From contig CM059433.1 in assembly GCA_030390025.1 (NCBI GenBank), forward strand, positions 8,372,001 through 8,436,000: 64,000 nucleotides of DNA. The letters run 5' to 3'. Made by a program: the position numbers and the translations under genes. The notes beneath the pieces were generated by a model. That model searched no databases. It had not been told where the DNA came from and was given only the letters and a program-made list of their open reading frames with translations. Positions 49,097 to 62,597 of this stretch are shown piece after piece (the stretch's first letter is position 1; each line of letters opens with the position of its first letter). The stretch comes from Squalus acanthias. Lineage: Eukaryota.

Positions 49097-49570
49097 GTGT
49101 CAGCTGTGGCTCAGTGGGTAGCACACTCACCCGCTAGAGTCAGAAGGTTGTGGGTTCAAGTCCCACTCCAGAGACTGTAAGCACATAAAGCTAGGCTGAC
49201 ACTTCTCCAATGCAGTGCTGAGGGAGTGCTACACTGTCGGAGGTGCCATCTTTCGGATGAGACATTAAACCGAGGCCCCGTCTGCTCTCTCAGTTGGATA
49301 TAAAAGATCCCACGGCACTATTTCGAAGAAGAGCAGGGGAGTTATCCCCGGTGTCCTGACCAATATTTATCCCTGAACCAACATAACAAAAACAGATTAT
49401 TTGGTCATTATCACATTGCTGTTTGTGGGAGCTTGCTGTGCGCAAATTGGCTGCCGCGTTTCCCACATTACAACAGTGACTCCACTTCAAAAGTACTTCA
49501 TTGGCTGTAAAGCGCTTCGAGATGTCCGGTGGTCGTGAAAGGCGCTATAGAAATGCAAGTCTTTCTTTTT
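49097..49570 (+). mobile_element. SacSINE1/DeuSINE-like SINE
   Basis: Full-length family match. Confidence 0.9.
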
Positions 49571-50136
49571 TATAATCTAGTGGCCATGCTGAGGTGACAG
49601 ACCAAAGTGCGAGGAGCTCTGCGCTCAGCCAACTCTGCCTGGTCCTCCAGGGTCTATCCCATAACATGCACAGCAAGCTCCCGGCCTGCATTCGGCCTGT
49701 ATCAGGCCCACAACCAGGAATTCGCGGACTGCAGCCGCGCATCAGAGGGAATTGCACGCAGTGCAGAAAAAAAAGAAGTGTTGGTGTTTATTGCAAAAAT
49801 GGCTCAGCAAACCCAAGGAACGCCTTCATTCCCCAATACTGCCACGGGCCTGCTACTGAGAATCAACGGAGGAAAAGGCCAGAGTTGGGGAGAGACTAGA
49901 AACTGCTGCAATAACAGAATGTAACAGAGAAAGAAACACCGAGCGAAAAAGAAGATTATCACGGATACGCAAGAGTGTAGATTTTCTAACCTTTGGCTTT
50001 GCCAAGCACTTTTTTTATTAACCCAAGCATTCTTTCCAATAGCTGGGATGCAAATTTAAAGCATAGTAGCCTTCGCGGGATGGAACGGGAAATCATGTGT
50101 AAACTACCTTTAAATGGCAGCTTACAAAGGTTAATT

Positions 50137-50610
50137 AAAGAAAGTAAGACTTGCATTTATATAGCACCTTTCACGACTACCGGACGTCCCAAAGCGCTTT
50201 ACAGCCAATGAAGTACTTTTGAAGTGTAGTCACTGTTGTAATGTGGGAAACGTGGCAGCTAATTTGCGCACAGCAAGGTCCCACAAACAGCAATGTGATA
50301 ATGACCAGATAATCTGTTTTTTGTTATGTTGGTTGAGGGATAAATATTGGCCCAGGACACCGGGGATAACTCCCCTGCTCTTCTTCGAAATAGTGCCCAT
50401 GGGGATCTTTTACGTCCACCGGAGAGAGCAGACGGGGCCTCGGTTTAACGTCTCATCCAAAAGACGGCACCTCCAACAGTGCAGCACTCCCTCAGCACCG
50501 CACTGGGAGCGTCAGCCTAGCTTTTTGTGCTCAAGTTCCTGGAGTGAGACTTGAACCCACAACCTTCTGACTCAGAGGCGAGGGCACTACCCACTGAGCC
50601 ACAGCTGACA
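50137..50610 (-). mobile_element. SacSINE1/DeuSINE-like SINE
   Basis: Full-length family match. Confidence 0.9.
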
Positions 50611-51681
50611 AATCCAGAGGGATATGGCTACTTCTAAGTGGCCACATATAGTAGTTTTGAAAAGGCCGCTCTGTGTAACCAATTGTGGAATGAGTTCCAC
50701 GTGGTCAGTGCCAGATAGATGTACCTCTCCCTATAGATTGTAAGCGTGAGGGCACCAAAAGTGGACCATTGTCTGTCTCTGGTGCAGCCTGACCTATCCG
50801 GCATCCTATTGTTCTTATCCAAAAAATATAAGTAATGAGAAATTCCCACAGGCAAGCCCATTGTCTCAATATCTCGCACCGAAAAAAAAAATGGCAGTGC
50901 CAGAATAAAGGGGGTAGGAAGTGTCTACTCGTGATACACCGGCCATCATGAGTGTGGAGCAAGCTTGACAGACCAGCTGGTCTTTCCCTGATGCTCATTT
51001 TCACATGTTGGAATCTCGCCCACCAAGCTCAAAGTGACCAGGAACCCACAAAGCAGCTCTTGCAGGGACCTTTGAGCCAGCCTGGCCATTCTTATGATAA
51101 GCCAGACCAATCTGAGTGACTGGTACTGGGTGAAGCGCAGAATTTAAAAACTGCCTGATGGCTATGTTGTTTTTACACCACTTATCAGATATGTGGAGAA
51201 CAGCAATCCCAATGACTGCTTTATGATGAGATTCTGTTATACTGTGTTCCCGCCCAGCATATATTATGAATTTAATACATATTCTCTGTAGCATATGAAA
51301 TGCCTCGTGAATCTGTCTGCTCCGGTTAGCGTATCAGTATCAACAATGCCCTTGGCCAGGCAAATAAAAACATCAGCTTCCCCGATCTGGTAACCCCAGT
51401 TGTTAAAGGTCACTCTTTCACACATATGTTCTGCGGAGCCCAGGCCCCCTAAAGGGCTGATTTCCCAACCAGGGGGATCCCAGCAAGGAACCCCTGCGCC
51501 ACAGGGGAATCGCAGGCCCGCTGCCCGGGACTTTTCATTCTTTAACTTAAACGAACAGAATTATCATGGGGCTGCTGAGCTGTAATTTCTCGACCGGTGC
51601 TCCCTGAGAGAACTGCTCGTCACTGGGAGCACCCAATCTGGGGAGAAGGCCTTAAATAGCTGTTTAAAGGACCCCGTATTT

Positions 51682-52145
51682 AAAGAAAGACTTACATTTC
51701 TATAGCGCCTTTCACGACCACCGGACGTCTCAAAGCGCTTTACAGCCAATGAAGTACTTTTTGAAGTGTAGTCACTGTTGTAATGTGGGAAACGCAGCAG
51801 CCAATTTGCGCACAGCAAGCTCCCAAAAACAGCAATGTGATAATGACCAGATAATCTGTTTTTTTGGTTGAGGGATAAATATTGGCCAGGACACTGGGGA
51901 TAACGCCCCTGCTCTTCTTCGAAATAGTGCCCATGGGGATCTTTTACGTCCAGCTGAGAGAGCAGACAGGTTCCTCGGTTTAACGTCTCATCCGAAAGAC
52001 GGCACCTCCGACAGTGCAGCACTCCCTCAGCACTGCACTGGAGTGTCAGCCTAGCTTTATGTGCTCAAGTCCCTGGAGTGGGCACTTGAACCCACAACCT
52101 TCTGACTCAGAGGCGAGTGTGCTACCCACTGAGCCACAGCTGACA
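51682..52145 (-). mobile_element. SacSINE1/DeuSINE-like SINE
   Basis: Full-length family match. Confidence 0.9.
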
Positions 52146-52789
52146 CAGCTTAGCAACCAATATCAGCAACATTTCGAATGTGAAGTCACTGCACAGTCTG
52201 CCTGAGATCACACTGTTGTTCTGTGGCTTATTTTTTCTTGCAGGTACATGTATGACGCCCTCTATCATATGTAAATAGGACCTCTTTAGGTGTGTACTGA
52301 AGAACTTGTTTTAACTCATATCAGAAAGAAAACTCACCACCCAAATTATAGTGCTTGAAACAAATGTTCTAGCACTTTTTTGCAACATAAGCATTTACCT
52401 GCTTTGCTTCCCCCGTCCACCTTCCCCTGAGGCACAGGAGTTCAGATGTTAAGTGAAGAGAGTTTCAGATTCATAGTCTGACTTGCTTCTGGATGGAGTG
52501 GCTCACTATGACAGAAATTCACCAAAAAGTTACATGTTTCACCGCATGTATTCGGCTTCAACCACATGCAAGAAAATGATGCTTATTGACCGACCAAGCA
52601 GCTCCCAGTTTGTCAGAATGTTTACGAATATTTTTCAGAATATTCATTATGTATTTTCAGGGCGCGGTTTAACTTCAATTTCAGTGATCAAAATGATTTA
52701 GTTCTTGATGTTTCGGACTGGCTTTTGGAGAGCCAAACTTAGAGAGATAAAACTTATCAGAAGGAATGAGTAATTTGGGCATTCATGAC

Positions 52790-52940
52790 ACAAAAGGCAT
52801 GAAGGGGTATGGGGAGAGAGCTGGAATATGGGATTGAGATAGAGGATCAGCCATGATCGCATTGAATGGCGGAGCAGGCTCGAAGGGCCGAATGGCCGAC
52901 TCCTGCTCCTATTTTTCTACGTTCTATGTTTCTATGTTTC
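52790..52940 (+). mobile_element. CR1 3' terminal fragment
   Basis: gaatggcggagcaggctcgaagggccgaatggcc...(ttctatgt)n. Confidence 0.85.
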
Positions 52941-53311
52941 ATCCTCGGGTATTGTACATTGTTCGTTCACCCGTCAAAACATAGGTGAAAGAAACAACTC
53001 TGATTAAAAGTCCTGCAAGAGGGGATGGATAGCTTGGTAATGCATTAGCATACTTCATCACTCCAAACTATACTTCACGGAAGAGGAATATCAATTGGGC
53101 TCATATAATATTGATGTCTACTAGAAGTTGTTTCAGATTTATCAATAATATTCACACGACACTGTTATACATCTACGTATTCCCCTATCAAGTATTGTGA
53201 TGAATTTTGAAACATTAGTGTATAATCATTCTGGGCCTTGGCATGAATAATTTATAAACACTCTGATATATATTGCTGGACCTCACCAACATATCAGTAC
53301 AGACTTCAACA

Positions 53312-53598
53312 GGATAAGGAGGTCGGCCATTATGGACTGAGATGAGGAGAAATTTCTTCACTCAGAGTGTGGTGAATCTTTGGAATTCTCTACCCCAGAG
53401 GGCTGTGGAGGCTCAGTCGTTGAGTATATTCAAGACAGAGATCAATAGATTTTTGAATATTAAGGGAATCAAGGGATATGGGGATAGTGCAGGAAAGTGG
53501 AGTTGAGGTAGAAGATCAGCCATGATCTTATTGAATGGCAGAGCAGGCTCGAAGGGGCCAAATGGCCGACTCCTGCTCCTATTTCTTATGTTCTTATG
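53312..53598 (+). mobile_element. CR1 3' fragment
   Basis: Matches 8030-8306 and 32464-32681. Confidence 0.85.
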
Positions 53599-54649
53599 AA
53601 GGTTGATTGCATTTACATAAAATTGATATCTATTGAAGCTGGTATTATTTTAAATATATATGTTGATAAATTATGAGAACTAGTGATTTCTTTTACCGTC
53701 AATGTATTTGTCATCTTTATCCCATTACCATGGGTTTACAGATAATCCAGAAGACTGATAATAAATATTAATAAAACAATACCCTTTCTAAACACGAAAG
53801 AGAAGTCTTGAAATATTGGATTTTCACATTCATCAACATCTAGCAACGTTGCCTAAATGTCTGTGTATCGTCACGATGCAAGCCATGTTTCTCGTGTTCA
53901 GCTCAGAGGCTCGCGCTCAATTGACGAATATTTTAATTTTCTTTTGATAAAATCTTTTATTTTTAAAGTTAGAATTTGTTTCAGGAGTGTGTTATAATGA
54001 GCAGTCCTAAAATAAACTGCATTTAAAGATTACAATTGTCGGGTCATGTATTTTAAGCAGTTGCCGCACACTCTTGTATACTTGCCTGTTTCCCAAAATC
54101 TTTGCAGCATTGCACATTTGTTACAACACACGACGCAAGCTAACAAACCAGACTATGGTGGCTGGAATAACTGAAATTTTCCAGACCAGCTGAAAGTCTG
54201 CCAATGTTGACCCTCTGGACCGTACTTTTGCCTGCTGTTATGTCAATCTGATGATGTTTGGCCGGTGCCTATAGGTCCACACAGTAGGTTGGTTCGCTGT
54301 GGGAAGCCTAAAAGTGCATAAGATCCTTCAGCAACCCAAACAAGGTCATAAACTCTGAACATTTCACTAAAGCCCTTACAAGCATCCCAACTGTTTGCAT
54401 GTTGCTCAGTTTCTCAGATCCGATTCAGAGAAAGCGGGTGGCTGGGAAACAACAGGAACCTCTGCCAGTTGAACGATAATTCCATTTGGTCCCGCCTCGT
54501 TCATTCACTCCAAAAGACCCTGCATCCAATTATTTCTGAAATAATTCCAGAGTTTTCACCTGCAATACTCTGTCGGACAGTTAACACCAGGCACTGATCA
54601 CTCTTTCTGTGAAGAAGAACTTCAATTCTAAATTTGCCTTTTACTTGCT

Positions 54650-55156
54650 TTGGAGGCAGGTCAGAGAAGGTTCACGAGGTTGATTCTAGAGATGAGGGGG
54701 TTGTCTTATGAGGAAAGGTTGAGCAGGCTGGGCCGATACTCATTGGAATTTAGAAGAATGAGAGGTGATCTTATCGAAACATATAAGATACGGAGGGGGC
54801 TCGACAAGGTAGATGCAGAGAGGATGTTTCCCCTCGTGGGGAAATCTAGAACTCGGGGGCATAGTTTCAGAATAAAGGGTCGCCCTTTCAGAACTGAGAT
54901 GAGGAGGAATTTCTTCTCTCAGAGGGTCATAAATCTGTGGAATTCTCTGCCCCAGAGAGCCGTGGAGGCTGGGTCATTAAATACATTTAAGGTGGAGATA
55001 GACAGATTTCTGCAAGATAAGGGAGTGAAGGGTTATGGGGAGCAGGGCGGAGAAGTGGCTTTGAGCCCAAGATCAGCCATGATCTTATTGAATGGCGGAG
55101 CAGGCTCGAGGGACCAAGTGGCCTATTCCTGCTCCTATTTCTTATGTTCTTATGTT
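54650..55156 (+). mobile_element. CR1 3' fragment
   Basis: [42 protein letters not shown]. Confidence 0.9.
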
Positions 55157-55229
55157 ATTTGTCCAACTCTTGCAATTTAGTGTAATTTTATCGATTTACA
55201 TTTTCCATGCTGCTCACGGTTTTACTTAC

Positions 55230-55295
55230 CTTGGTATTAGATGCCTCCTTTCAAAACAGTCCTTGGAGATCATGATTGCTAACAGTATGCCACAG
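55230..55295 (-). CDS. Candidate internal exon, 66 nt, phase 2-2 (CGILLAIMISKDCFERRHLIP)
   Basis: Acceptor gatttgtttctgcacag| and perfect donor AAG|gtaagt; only one frame is open. Confidence 0.55.
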
Positions 55296-55814
55296 CTGTG
55301 CAGAAACAAATCAACCAAGGGAATACTATCAAAATTATCTTGCTGCAATTTGTCTTAAGTGTAGCACATTTCAACTAGGTGGAAGAAAGGTCTTTTTCTT
55401 TGTTTAAGTGTCACTCCCACCTTGTTCCGTTATTCCTCCTACCTACTTTCCTCTTTCAGACGGGAGGCTAAGTTATTCTAGATGACAAATTCCTCTTTGA
55501 CTATTACTAACACTCAGTATGTGATTAGCACAATCTGTTTGCTGTTGGCCAGCCCTGTTTTATTTCCTCGTTCTCCCACCCAGTTGCCGCAAAGTGAGAA
55601 CAATCTGCCTCTGACCTGCACTCTGCCCAATGGCTCTGCCCGTGACTTGTGAATCTTGCCCATCGAATCTTTGACTAATATTCAAAAACTGGGTTTGGAA
55701 CGTATAGGGGAAGGAAAGTACAGGAGCACGAATACCTTTGGTTCAATTTCCCAGCCTGTAGGGTGCTTTTCTGGGGTTGGATGGCTCCGAAGTGGCTTCA
55801 GCTGGTTTGAAGTT

Positions 55815-56385
55815 AGAATCATAGAATCATAGAATAGTACAGCACAGAAGGAGGCCATTCAGCACATCTAATCTGTGCCGGCTCTTTCGAAGAGTAATCC
55901 AGTTAGTCCCACTCCTCCCCGCTCTTTCCCCATATCCCTACCATTTTTTCTCCTTCAAATATTTATCCAATACCCTTTTGAAGGCTACTATTGAATCTGT
56001 ATCCACCACCCTATCAGGCAGTGCATTCCAAATCCTAACCATTCTTTGCGTAAAAAGGTTTTTCCTCGTGTCGCCTCTGGTTCTTTTGCCAATCACCTTA
56101 AATCTGTGCCTTCTGGCTGTCGACCCTTCAGACATTGGAAACAGTTTCTCTTTATTTACTCTATTTAAATCCTTCATGATTTTGAACACCTCTACCAAAT
56201 CTCCTCTTAGCCTTCTCTGCTCCAAGGAGAACAACCCCAGCTTCCATATTCCCTCATCCCTGGCACCATTCTAGTAAATCTCGTCTGCTCCCTCTCTAAG
56301 GCCTTCACGTCCTTCCTAAAGTGCGGTGCCCAGAATTGGATGCAATACTCCAGCCGGGGCTGAAGCAGTGTTTTATAGAGGTTTA
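55815..56385 (-). mobile_element. CR1 3' fragment
   Basis: LYKTLLQPRLEYCIQFWAPHFRKDV and FSLEQRRLRGDL; (attctatg)n tail. Confidence 0.9.
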
Positions 56386-57002
56386 GTTGCAGTGGTGCTA
56401 CCCCTGCTGCAAGGGAAAGGATTGAACAAATTCCCGGTATTTTCTTCCAATAAAATTTCAGTAATTCGAACAAAAAGTATCCTTCCCACCCCCTGCCACT
56501 GGAATTTCCTTTCAAAGAACTGGATGGAAATTTAAGCCTCTCAGCTGTACCAGGAGAGCTACTCAGACAGACTTGAAAGTACAAATGCTCCATGATTTAA
56601 ATTACACATTGATTTTTATTTATTTTCTTTAGGAAAGAATTATGTTTGGTGCTAAAAAGCACTTAAAAGAAAATGCCCATGAGCCATAATATAAATCAAT
56701 CTACTAAGTATGAGCATAAGATTTTGATTGGACACAGTCCTTTAAAGTGCATTTACGATTTGCTTTTATCCTTTTGTTTCTGTTTCCTCGCAATTGCTGA
56801 GTCTGAAGTCAGTGGCACCGCGTTACAGGAGAGGTCGCTGGCTGATAGCAAAGGCAAAGGTCTATCCCCATGTCAAGTGACAACCTGGACCCTGAACCCT
56901 CAATGGTGGGAATACTTTAGAGGTTGGCGTTAGATTAGTCAGTGTTAGCCGGGCTGTCATTTAAGCCTAAAACATGCGCCACACGATCTTCTAGGCCTGA
57001 TT

Positions 57003-57390
57003 GAGAATGAGAGGTGATCTCATTGAAACATACAAAATTCTTACAGGGCTTGACAGGGTAGATGCAGGGAGGATGTTTCCCCTGGCTGGGGAGTCTAGAA
57101 CCAGGAGTCACAGTCTCAGAATAAGGGATCGGCCATTTAGCACTGAGATGAGGAGAAATGTCTTCACTCAGAGGGTGGTGAATCTTTGGAATTCTCTACC
57201 CCAGAGGGCTGTGGAGGCTCAGTCGTTGAGTAAATTCAAGACAGAGATCGATAGATTTTTGAATATTAAGGGAATCAAGGGATAGTTCAAGAAAGTGGAG
57301 TTGAGGTAGAAGATCAGCTATGATCTTATTGAATGGCGGAGCAGGCTCGAAGGGCCAAATGGCCGACTCCTGCTCCTGTTTCTTATGTTC
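57003..57390 (+). mobile_element. CR1 3' fragment
   Basis: RMRGDLIETYKILTGLDRVD... Confidence 0.9.
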
Positions 57391-57876
57391 CTCCAGCAGG
57401 GCACTCTCTCAGAATGTTGGGAGAGATTCGGTAAAAAGTCAGATTCTACGTAAATAACCAGATAATGTGTGACAGACAGCCGCTGAAATTCCTGGCTGAA
57501 GTGCCCTCGAATTGTCCATCTGAAATGGGTATTGAAGGGTAATGTTTGCGAAGCCTCACATCACCAGCAGGGCCTCCCACGCAGCCATCTTGGAACATCA
57601 TGGATAGCACGCATCGCAAAAGTTACCCTCAAAAGGCCAGCAAGACCCTTGCCTGTCAATCAGGGACCTCTGAAAAGCTCCGCTGCTTATTTAATCACAA
57701 GTTACGGGGATTACAACAGTGACCGCACTTCAAAGGTACGTCATTGGCTGTTGAGTGTTGAGGACATCCTGAGGTCACGAAAGGCGCTGTGTAAAATCCG
57801 TGTCTTTCGTTTTGTTTTCAGTGTTCCCGCTCACAGGATTTCATGAGAGGACAAATAAAGAAGCAACAGGGTTATG

Positions 57877-58420
57877 CCTGGCCTCTCACATTCCACCCTA
57901 TGTAAACTTGAGGTCATCCAAAACTCTGCTGCCCGTGTCCTAACTCGCACCAAGTCCCGTTCGCCCATCACCCCCTGTGCTCGCTGACCTACATTGGCTC
58001 CCGGTTAAGCAGCACCTCGATTTCAAAATTCTCATCCTTGATTTCAAATCCTTCCATGGCCGCGCCCCTCCCTATCTCTGTAATCTCTTCCAGCCCCACA
58101 ACCCTCCCGAGATATCTGTGCTCCTCTAATTCTGCCCTCTTGAGCATCCCCGATTATAATCGCTCAATCATTGGCGGCCGTGCCTTCTGTTGCCTGGGCC
58201 CTAACCTCTGGGATTCCCTGTCTAAACCTCTCCGCCTCGCTCCCTCTCTTTCCTCCTTTAAGACGCTCCTTAAAACCTGTCTCTTTGACCAAGCTTTTGG
58301 TCACCTGCCCTAATTTATCCTTATGTGGATCGGTGTCACATTTTTTTGTCTTAAAATACTCCTGTGCAGCGCCTTGGGACGTTTTACTACATTAAAGTCG
58401 CTATATAAAGACAAGTTGTT
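57877..58420 (+). mobile_element. L2-clade LINE 3' end
   Basis: Matches 2470-3014; (gtt)n tail. Confidence 0.9.
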
Positions 58421-58439
58421 GTTGTTGTTGAAGAGAATA

Positions 58440-59760
58440 TACACTATCGTTGTATTTAAGACCAGGCGTGGCCATTATGCCATCGCACGGTGAAGGAAAA
58501 CTGTACCACAGGTTCAGGTTTAGCAGGGAGGCAGTGACCGAGATGCACCATCTGCTGCACGGACACCTGCGAAAGAAGCCTCCACTGTAAGGAAACGTGT
58601 GGGTGGAGATAACCTTGTAGCAATCAAGGTTACCTTCGCACCCTGACTCATCCCAGGCTCCCGCAGAGGACATCTGCGGTACCAGCCGATTATGCTGTTC
58701 GAAGGTGCACCAAACGGATGATTGATCCGTCTTCTTCCCTACTGAATAGCAACAGCAGCATGACAAGGCTGTCCAATTTGCCGTACTGCAAGTTCTCCCA
58801 AAGCATAAGAATCACTAATAGCAATCACGTGGACATGTAGAAAGAAAGACTTGCATTTCTACATAGCACCTTTCACGACCACCGGACATCTCAAAGCACT
58901 TTACAGCCAATGAAGTGGAGTCACTGTTGTAATGGGGGAAATGCAGCAGCCAATTTGCGCACAGCAAGCTCCCACAAACAGCAATGTGATAATGACCAGA
59001 TAATCTGCTTTTGTTATGTTGATTGAGGGATAAATATTGGCCCAGGACACTGGGGATAACTCCCCCTGCTCTTCTTCAAAATAGTGCCCATGGGGATCTT
59101 TTACATCCACCTGAGAGAGCAGACGGGGCCTCGGTTTAATGTCTCATCTGAAAGACGGCACCTCTGACAGTGCAGCACTCCCTCAGCACTGCACTGGGAG
59201 TGTCAGCCTAGCTTTATGTGCTCAAGTCCCTGGAGTGGGACTTTGAACCCACAACCTTCTGACTCTGAGGCGAGTGTGCTACCCACTGAGCCACGGCTGA
59301 CACTGGTAGGCTCCTAGGCACAGCGTGATGGCCGACACGAACAGAACGGTGTTCTACTCCATCAACGTGCAGTTGGCCAGTGATCATTAACATCATATAG
59401 GTCAATGCCCATTTCTCAGGCATCAGTCACAGTAGTTTCATTTTAAGACCATCATCATCTGTGCCAGACTGTGGCAGACAAAAGGATGTCTCCTTGGAGA
59501 CCAAAGCTAAGTTCTTCAGCTGTGGCTAATGACAGCCTTGCAGCAGCCACCGACCAAAGTGGAGCACAGACACAATTCTAACTCTAATGCAGCCACCGGA
59601 ATGATTATTAAACATACCAATGGTACCTTGAAATAATGCTTCAGGTGCCTCAATAGATCGGGGGGCGTGCTTGACAGCAAAGCCCACCTCCTCCCCACGG
59701 TCGACAAGATTACCATCACCTGCCGCATTCTGCACAACTTTGCAATATTAAGAGGTCTAT
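58440..59760 (+). pseudogene. Heavily decayed Harbinger transposase, split by a SINE
   Basis: LYHRFRFSREAVTEMHHLL (about 58500), FYSINVQL (about 59350) and GTLK**FRCLNRSGG...ITITCRILHNFAILRG (59620-59760); possible TIR remnant gaatttctagac at about 60170. Confidence 0.7.
58839..59303 (-). mobile_element. SacSINE1/DeuSINE-like SINE
   Basis: Full-length family match. Confidence 0.9.
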
Positions 59761-60417
59761 CCATGGAGAAGGAGTAAGTAGCGCTCACCCAGTCAGCTAT
59801 CTGCTTCCAAGTGTTTTGGGCCAATCTTTTCTGGGGAGGGTGATTTTCAATGTCTCACTTCCTCCAGTATCACTGAAAGAGCAGCATCCATGAATACGGG
59901 CATGTGTGTGGGTGTCCACAGAAATAATGCAACTTCAATGTCCTTCCTTTGCTTCTCCCGCAAAAAAACATGCAGCGCTTTAAATGGCTGTAGCAGCGAT
60001 TTGAAATTGCGATCAGATATGCAAGTGCTTCCCTCTGGCAGCCCAACATGCAGGCAGGAGATTGCTCAGGGTGGCAAACGCCACAATTTCAGGCAAGGGC
60101 AGCCATGTGGGAAATGTTGGCAGGATCTGCTACGACGTCCCCTTCATGCCTGAATTGCCCGACTGACAGGAATTTCTAGACGTTGATGCTTTCAGCGGTA
60201 AAATTCTAGATTGTTTTAAGATTTGGTAAAGCCCTTTGGCTATCTGTGCTGTTGCAGATCAGTCAGATTAATCCACACCACACAAAATCTTTGACTCAGA
60301 GTTAATCCATTCACCCCTGTTCATCCCTGTTCTTGACAGTCACGGCCGTTAACAACTATTGACTTGTTTCAGTTTAAGAAAACCTATGTGGCTTTAGCTC
60401 TGAGACTTGCTTTGCTA

Positions 60418-60858
60418 GTGTCAGCTGTGGCTCAGTGGGTAGCACACTTACCTCTGAATCATGATGGTTGTGGGTTCATAGTCCCACTCCAGTGCTAATG
60501 TTGAGGGAGTGCTGTGCTGTGCTGTGCTGTCAGAGGTGCTGTCTTTCAGATGAGACATTAAACCAGGGCCCTGTCTGCTCTCTCAGGTGGAAGTAAAAGA
60601 TCACATGGCACTATTTCAAAGTAAGAGCAGTGGGAGTTATCCCTGGTGTCCTGGCCACTCAACCAACATAACAAAAACAGATTATCTGGCCATTATCACA
60701 TTGCTGTTTGTGGGAGCTTGCTGTGTGCAAATTGGCTGCCATGTTTCCTACATTACAAAAGTGACTACACTTCAAAAAGTGCTCTCATTGGCTGTGAAGT
60801 GCTTTGGGACGTCCGGTGGTTGTGAAAGGCGCTATAGAAATGCAAGTCTTTCTTTCTT
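60418..60858 (+). mobile_element. SacSINE1/DeuSINE-like SINE
   Basis: Family match with small deletions and a (gtgct)n slippage. Confidence 0.85.
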
Positions 60859-61195
60859 CATCTGCTGCAGACTGCGAGCCAAAAACTGTATTTAAGCTGC
60901 CTCATTTATACTTACCACTGAAATTGTTATTTCCATAAAGGGAAAAAGGACTCCTTAGATTAAGTGGTGCCAAAAATGTTATAGTTACTTAAACACCAAA
61001 AAAGGTTTTACTGGGTGGGTGACAGCTTGGGCCCAGGCCCTGTTCAAGTACTGCGAGTTCTGTTGTTTGTAAGAATACAGCTCTGATCCATAGTCCACAG
61101 CCAGCCCTGTCTCTGGTTGTTTTAATTTATATATAGAACGACTTGCTGAGTCTGCTTGTTCTCCTATACAAACATCAACAGGAAAACCAGCTTAC

Positions 61196-61237
61196 CACTG
61201 CCCCAAACATTTCACAACACGATCCAGAATGTCAAAG
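61196..61237 (-). CDS. Candidate internal exon, 42 nt, phase 2-2 (FDILDRVVKCLGQ)
   Basis: Long AG-free T-rich tract ending ttctccggaag|; donor GTG|gtaagc. Confidence 0.35.
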
Positions 61238-61521
61238 CTTCCGGAGAAATAATTCAACAGTAACAGAATAGAGAAACGTGACAATAAGAAATATTAATCC
61301 CTTCGACGGCATTTCACAAGAGGCAAATACTGCTGTAGGGATGGTTCCCACTCTTGGTTGCCACCCAGTCACAATGGGTCTTTTGCCAACATTAAACTGC
61401 GCCAGGCTCACACGTGAAGAATGGTTATCTGGGAGAGGGGCTGCCTGTAGCACTCTGTCCCAGCGACGAATCCACATCTTCACCAGTCGAGGGGACAACA
61501 TCAAGTTAAAAAAAGAATTCA

Positions 61522-61707
61522 GGGCAGAACTTTCAGCTTTGGCGGGGGGGTGGGGGTGGGGCGTGAAACGGGGTGGTAGTGGTTCAGGCGCCCGCTATAC
61601 GCGCCACACGTTTTTCCTTCCCGCGGCTTTAATGGAAAGGAAAATTGGGTGCGGTGTGCAGAGACGGGGAGATCCACTACCCCCGCCGAAGCTGGAAAGT
61701 TCCGTCC
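61522..61707. mobile_element. Short MITE with long imperfect TIRs
   Basis: gggcagaactttcagctttggcgggg / ccccgccgaagctggaaagttccgtcc; no clear TSD. Confidence 0.65.
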
Positions 61708-61806
61708 ACTGCTACTAGCAACGATTGTCATGAGTACGATACTTCGAATGAAAGCACGAAAAAGATAACTAAAATGAAACTAAGAGCTAGAAGATAAATG
61801 ACTCAC

Positions 61807-61885
61807 TTGTCTGCAGTTGTTCCTAAAAGTTGCCTTACCAGTTCTGTAAAGCTCGGCTCCTCAAATTCAACGGTTGAGAGCAGAG
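61807..61885 (-). CDS. Candidate internal exon, 79 nt, phase 1-2 (LLSTVEFEEPSFTELVRQLLGTTAD)
   Basis: Branch-like ctgac, weak acceptor ctcaag|; donor CAA|gtgagt, with an alternative donor CTG|gtaagg at 61839. Confidence 0.3.
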
Positions 61886-62140
61886 CTTGAGTTTGATGAG
61901 ATGGAGTCAGCTCAGGTTAAAGAGCCCTCAAATCTGATGCAGTTACAATCAGGCCAACTTTAATCTATAATCAGAGTGGCAGTCATTTAGTCTTCTTCTA
62001 GAGGATAATTTTTTATGAACAATGCATTATTTAATCATCCTTTTAAACTGACCTTAAATCAATAACCCTCTGATGCAAAATTGAGCACATTTAATGCCAG
62101 ATATATATTATAAATATATCCATATATTAAATTTTGACTA

Positions 62141-62562
62141 TATAGAAACATAGAATCTAGGAGCAGGAGTAGGCCATTCGGCCCGTCGAGCCTGCTCCAC
62201 CATTCAATACGATCATGGCTGATCATCCAAATCCAGTACCCTGTCCCTGCTTTAATCCCCACAGTACACATATCCCACCCTACCCCCTTAACCCCACGTA
62301 TTTAATTCCCCCTAACATATCCCATCCTATCCCCATATATTTAATCCAACCCCTAACACTAAGGGTCAATTTATCATAGCCAAATCAACCTAACCCGCAC
62401 ATTTTTGGACTGTGGGAGGAAACCGGAGCACTCGGAGGAAACCCACGCAGACACGGGGAGAATGTGCAAACTCCACACAGACAGTCACCCGAGGTCAGAT
62501 TTGAACCCGGGTCCTTGGCGCTGTGAAGCACCAGTGCTAACCACTATGCCACCGTGTTGCCC
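62141..62562 (-). mobile_element. HE1-like V-SINE
   Basis: Same head and V-domain as 4333-4648; CR1-type tail. Confidence 0.85.
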
Positions 62563-62597
62563 AATATAATTAAAGGTTACACTGCACTGACTGACCT

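Noticed and set aside
52230..52275. Plus-strand acceptor-like sites (also about 13706 and 56632)
   Set aside because: No consistent chain of plus-strand exons with good donors could be built.
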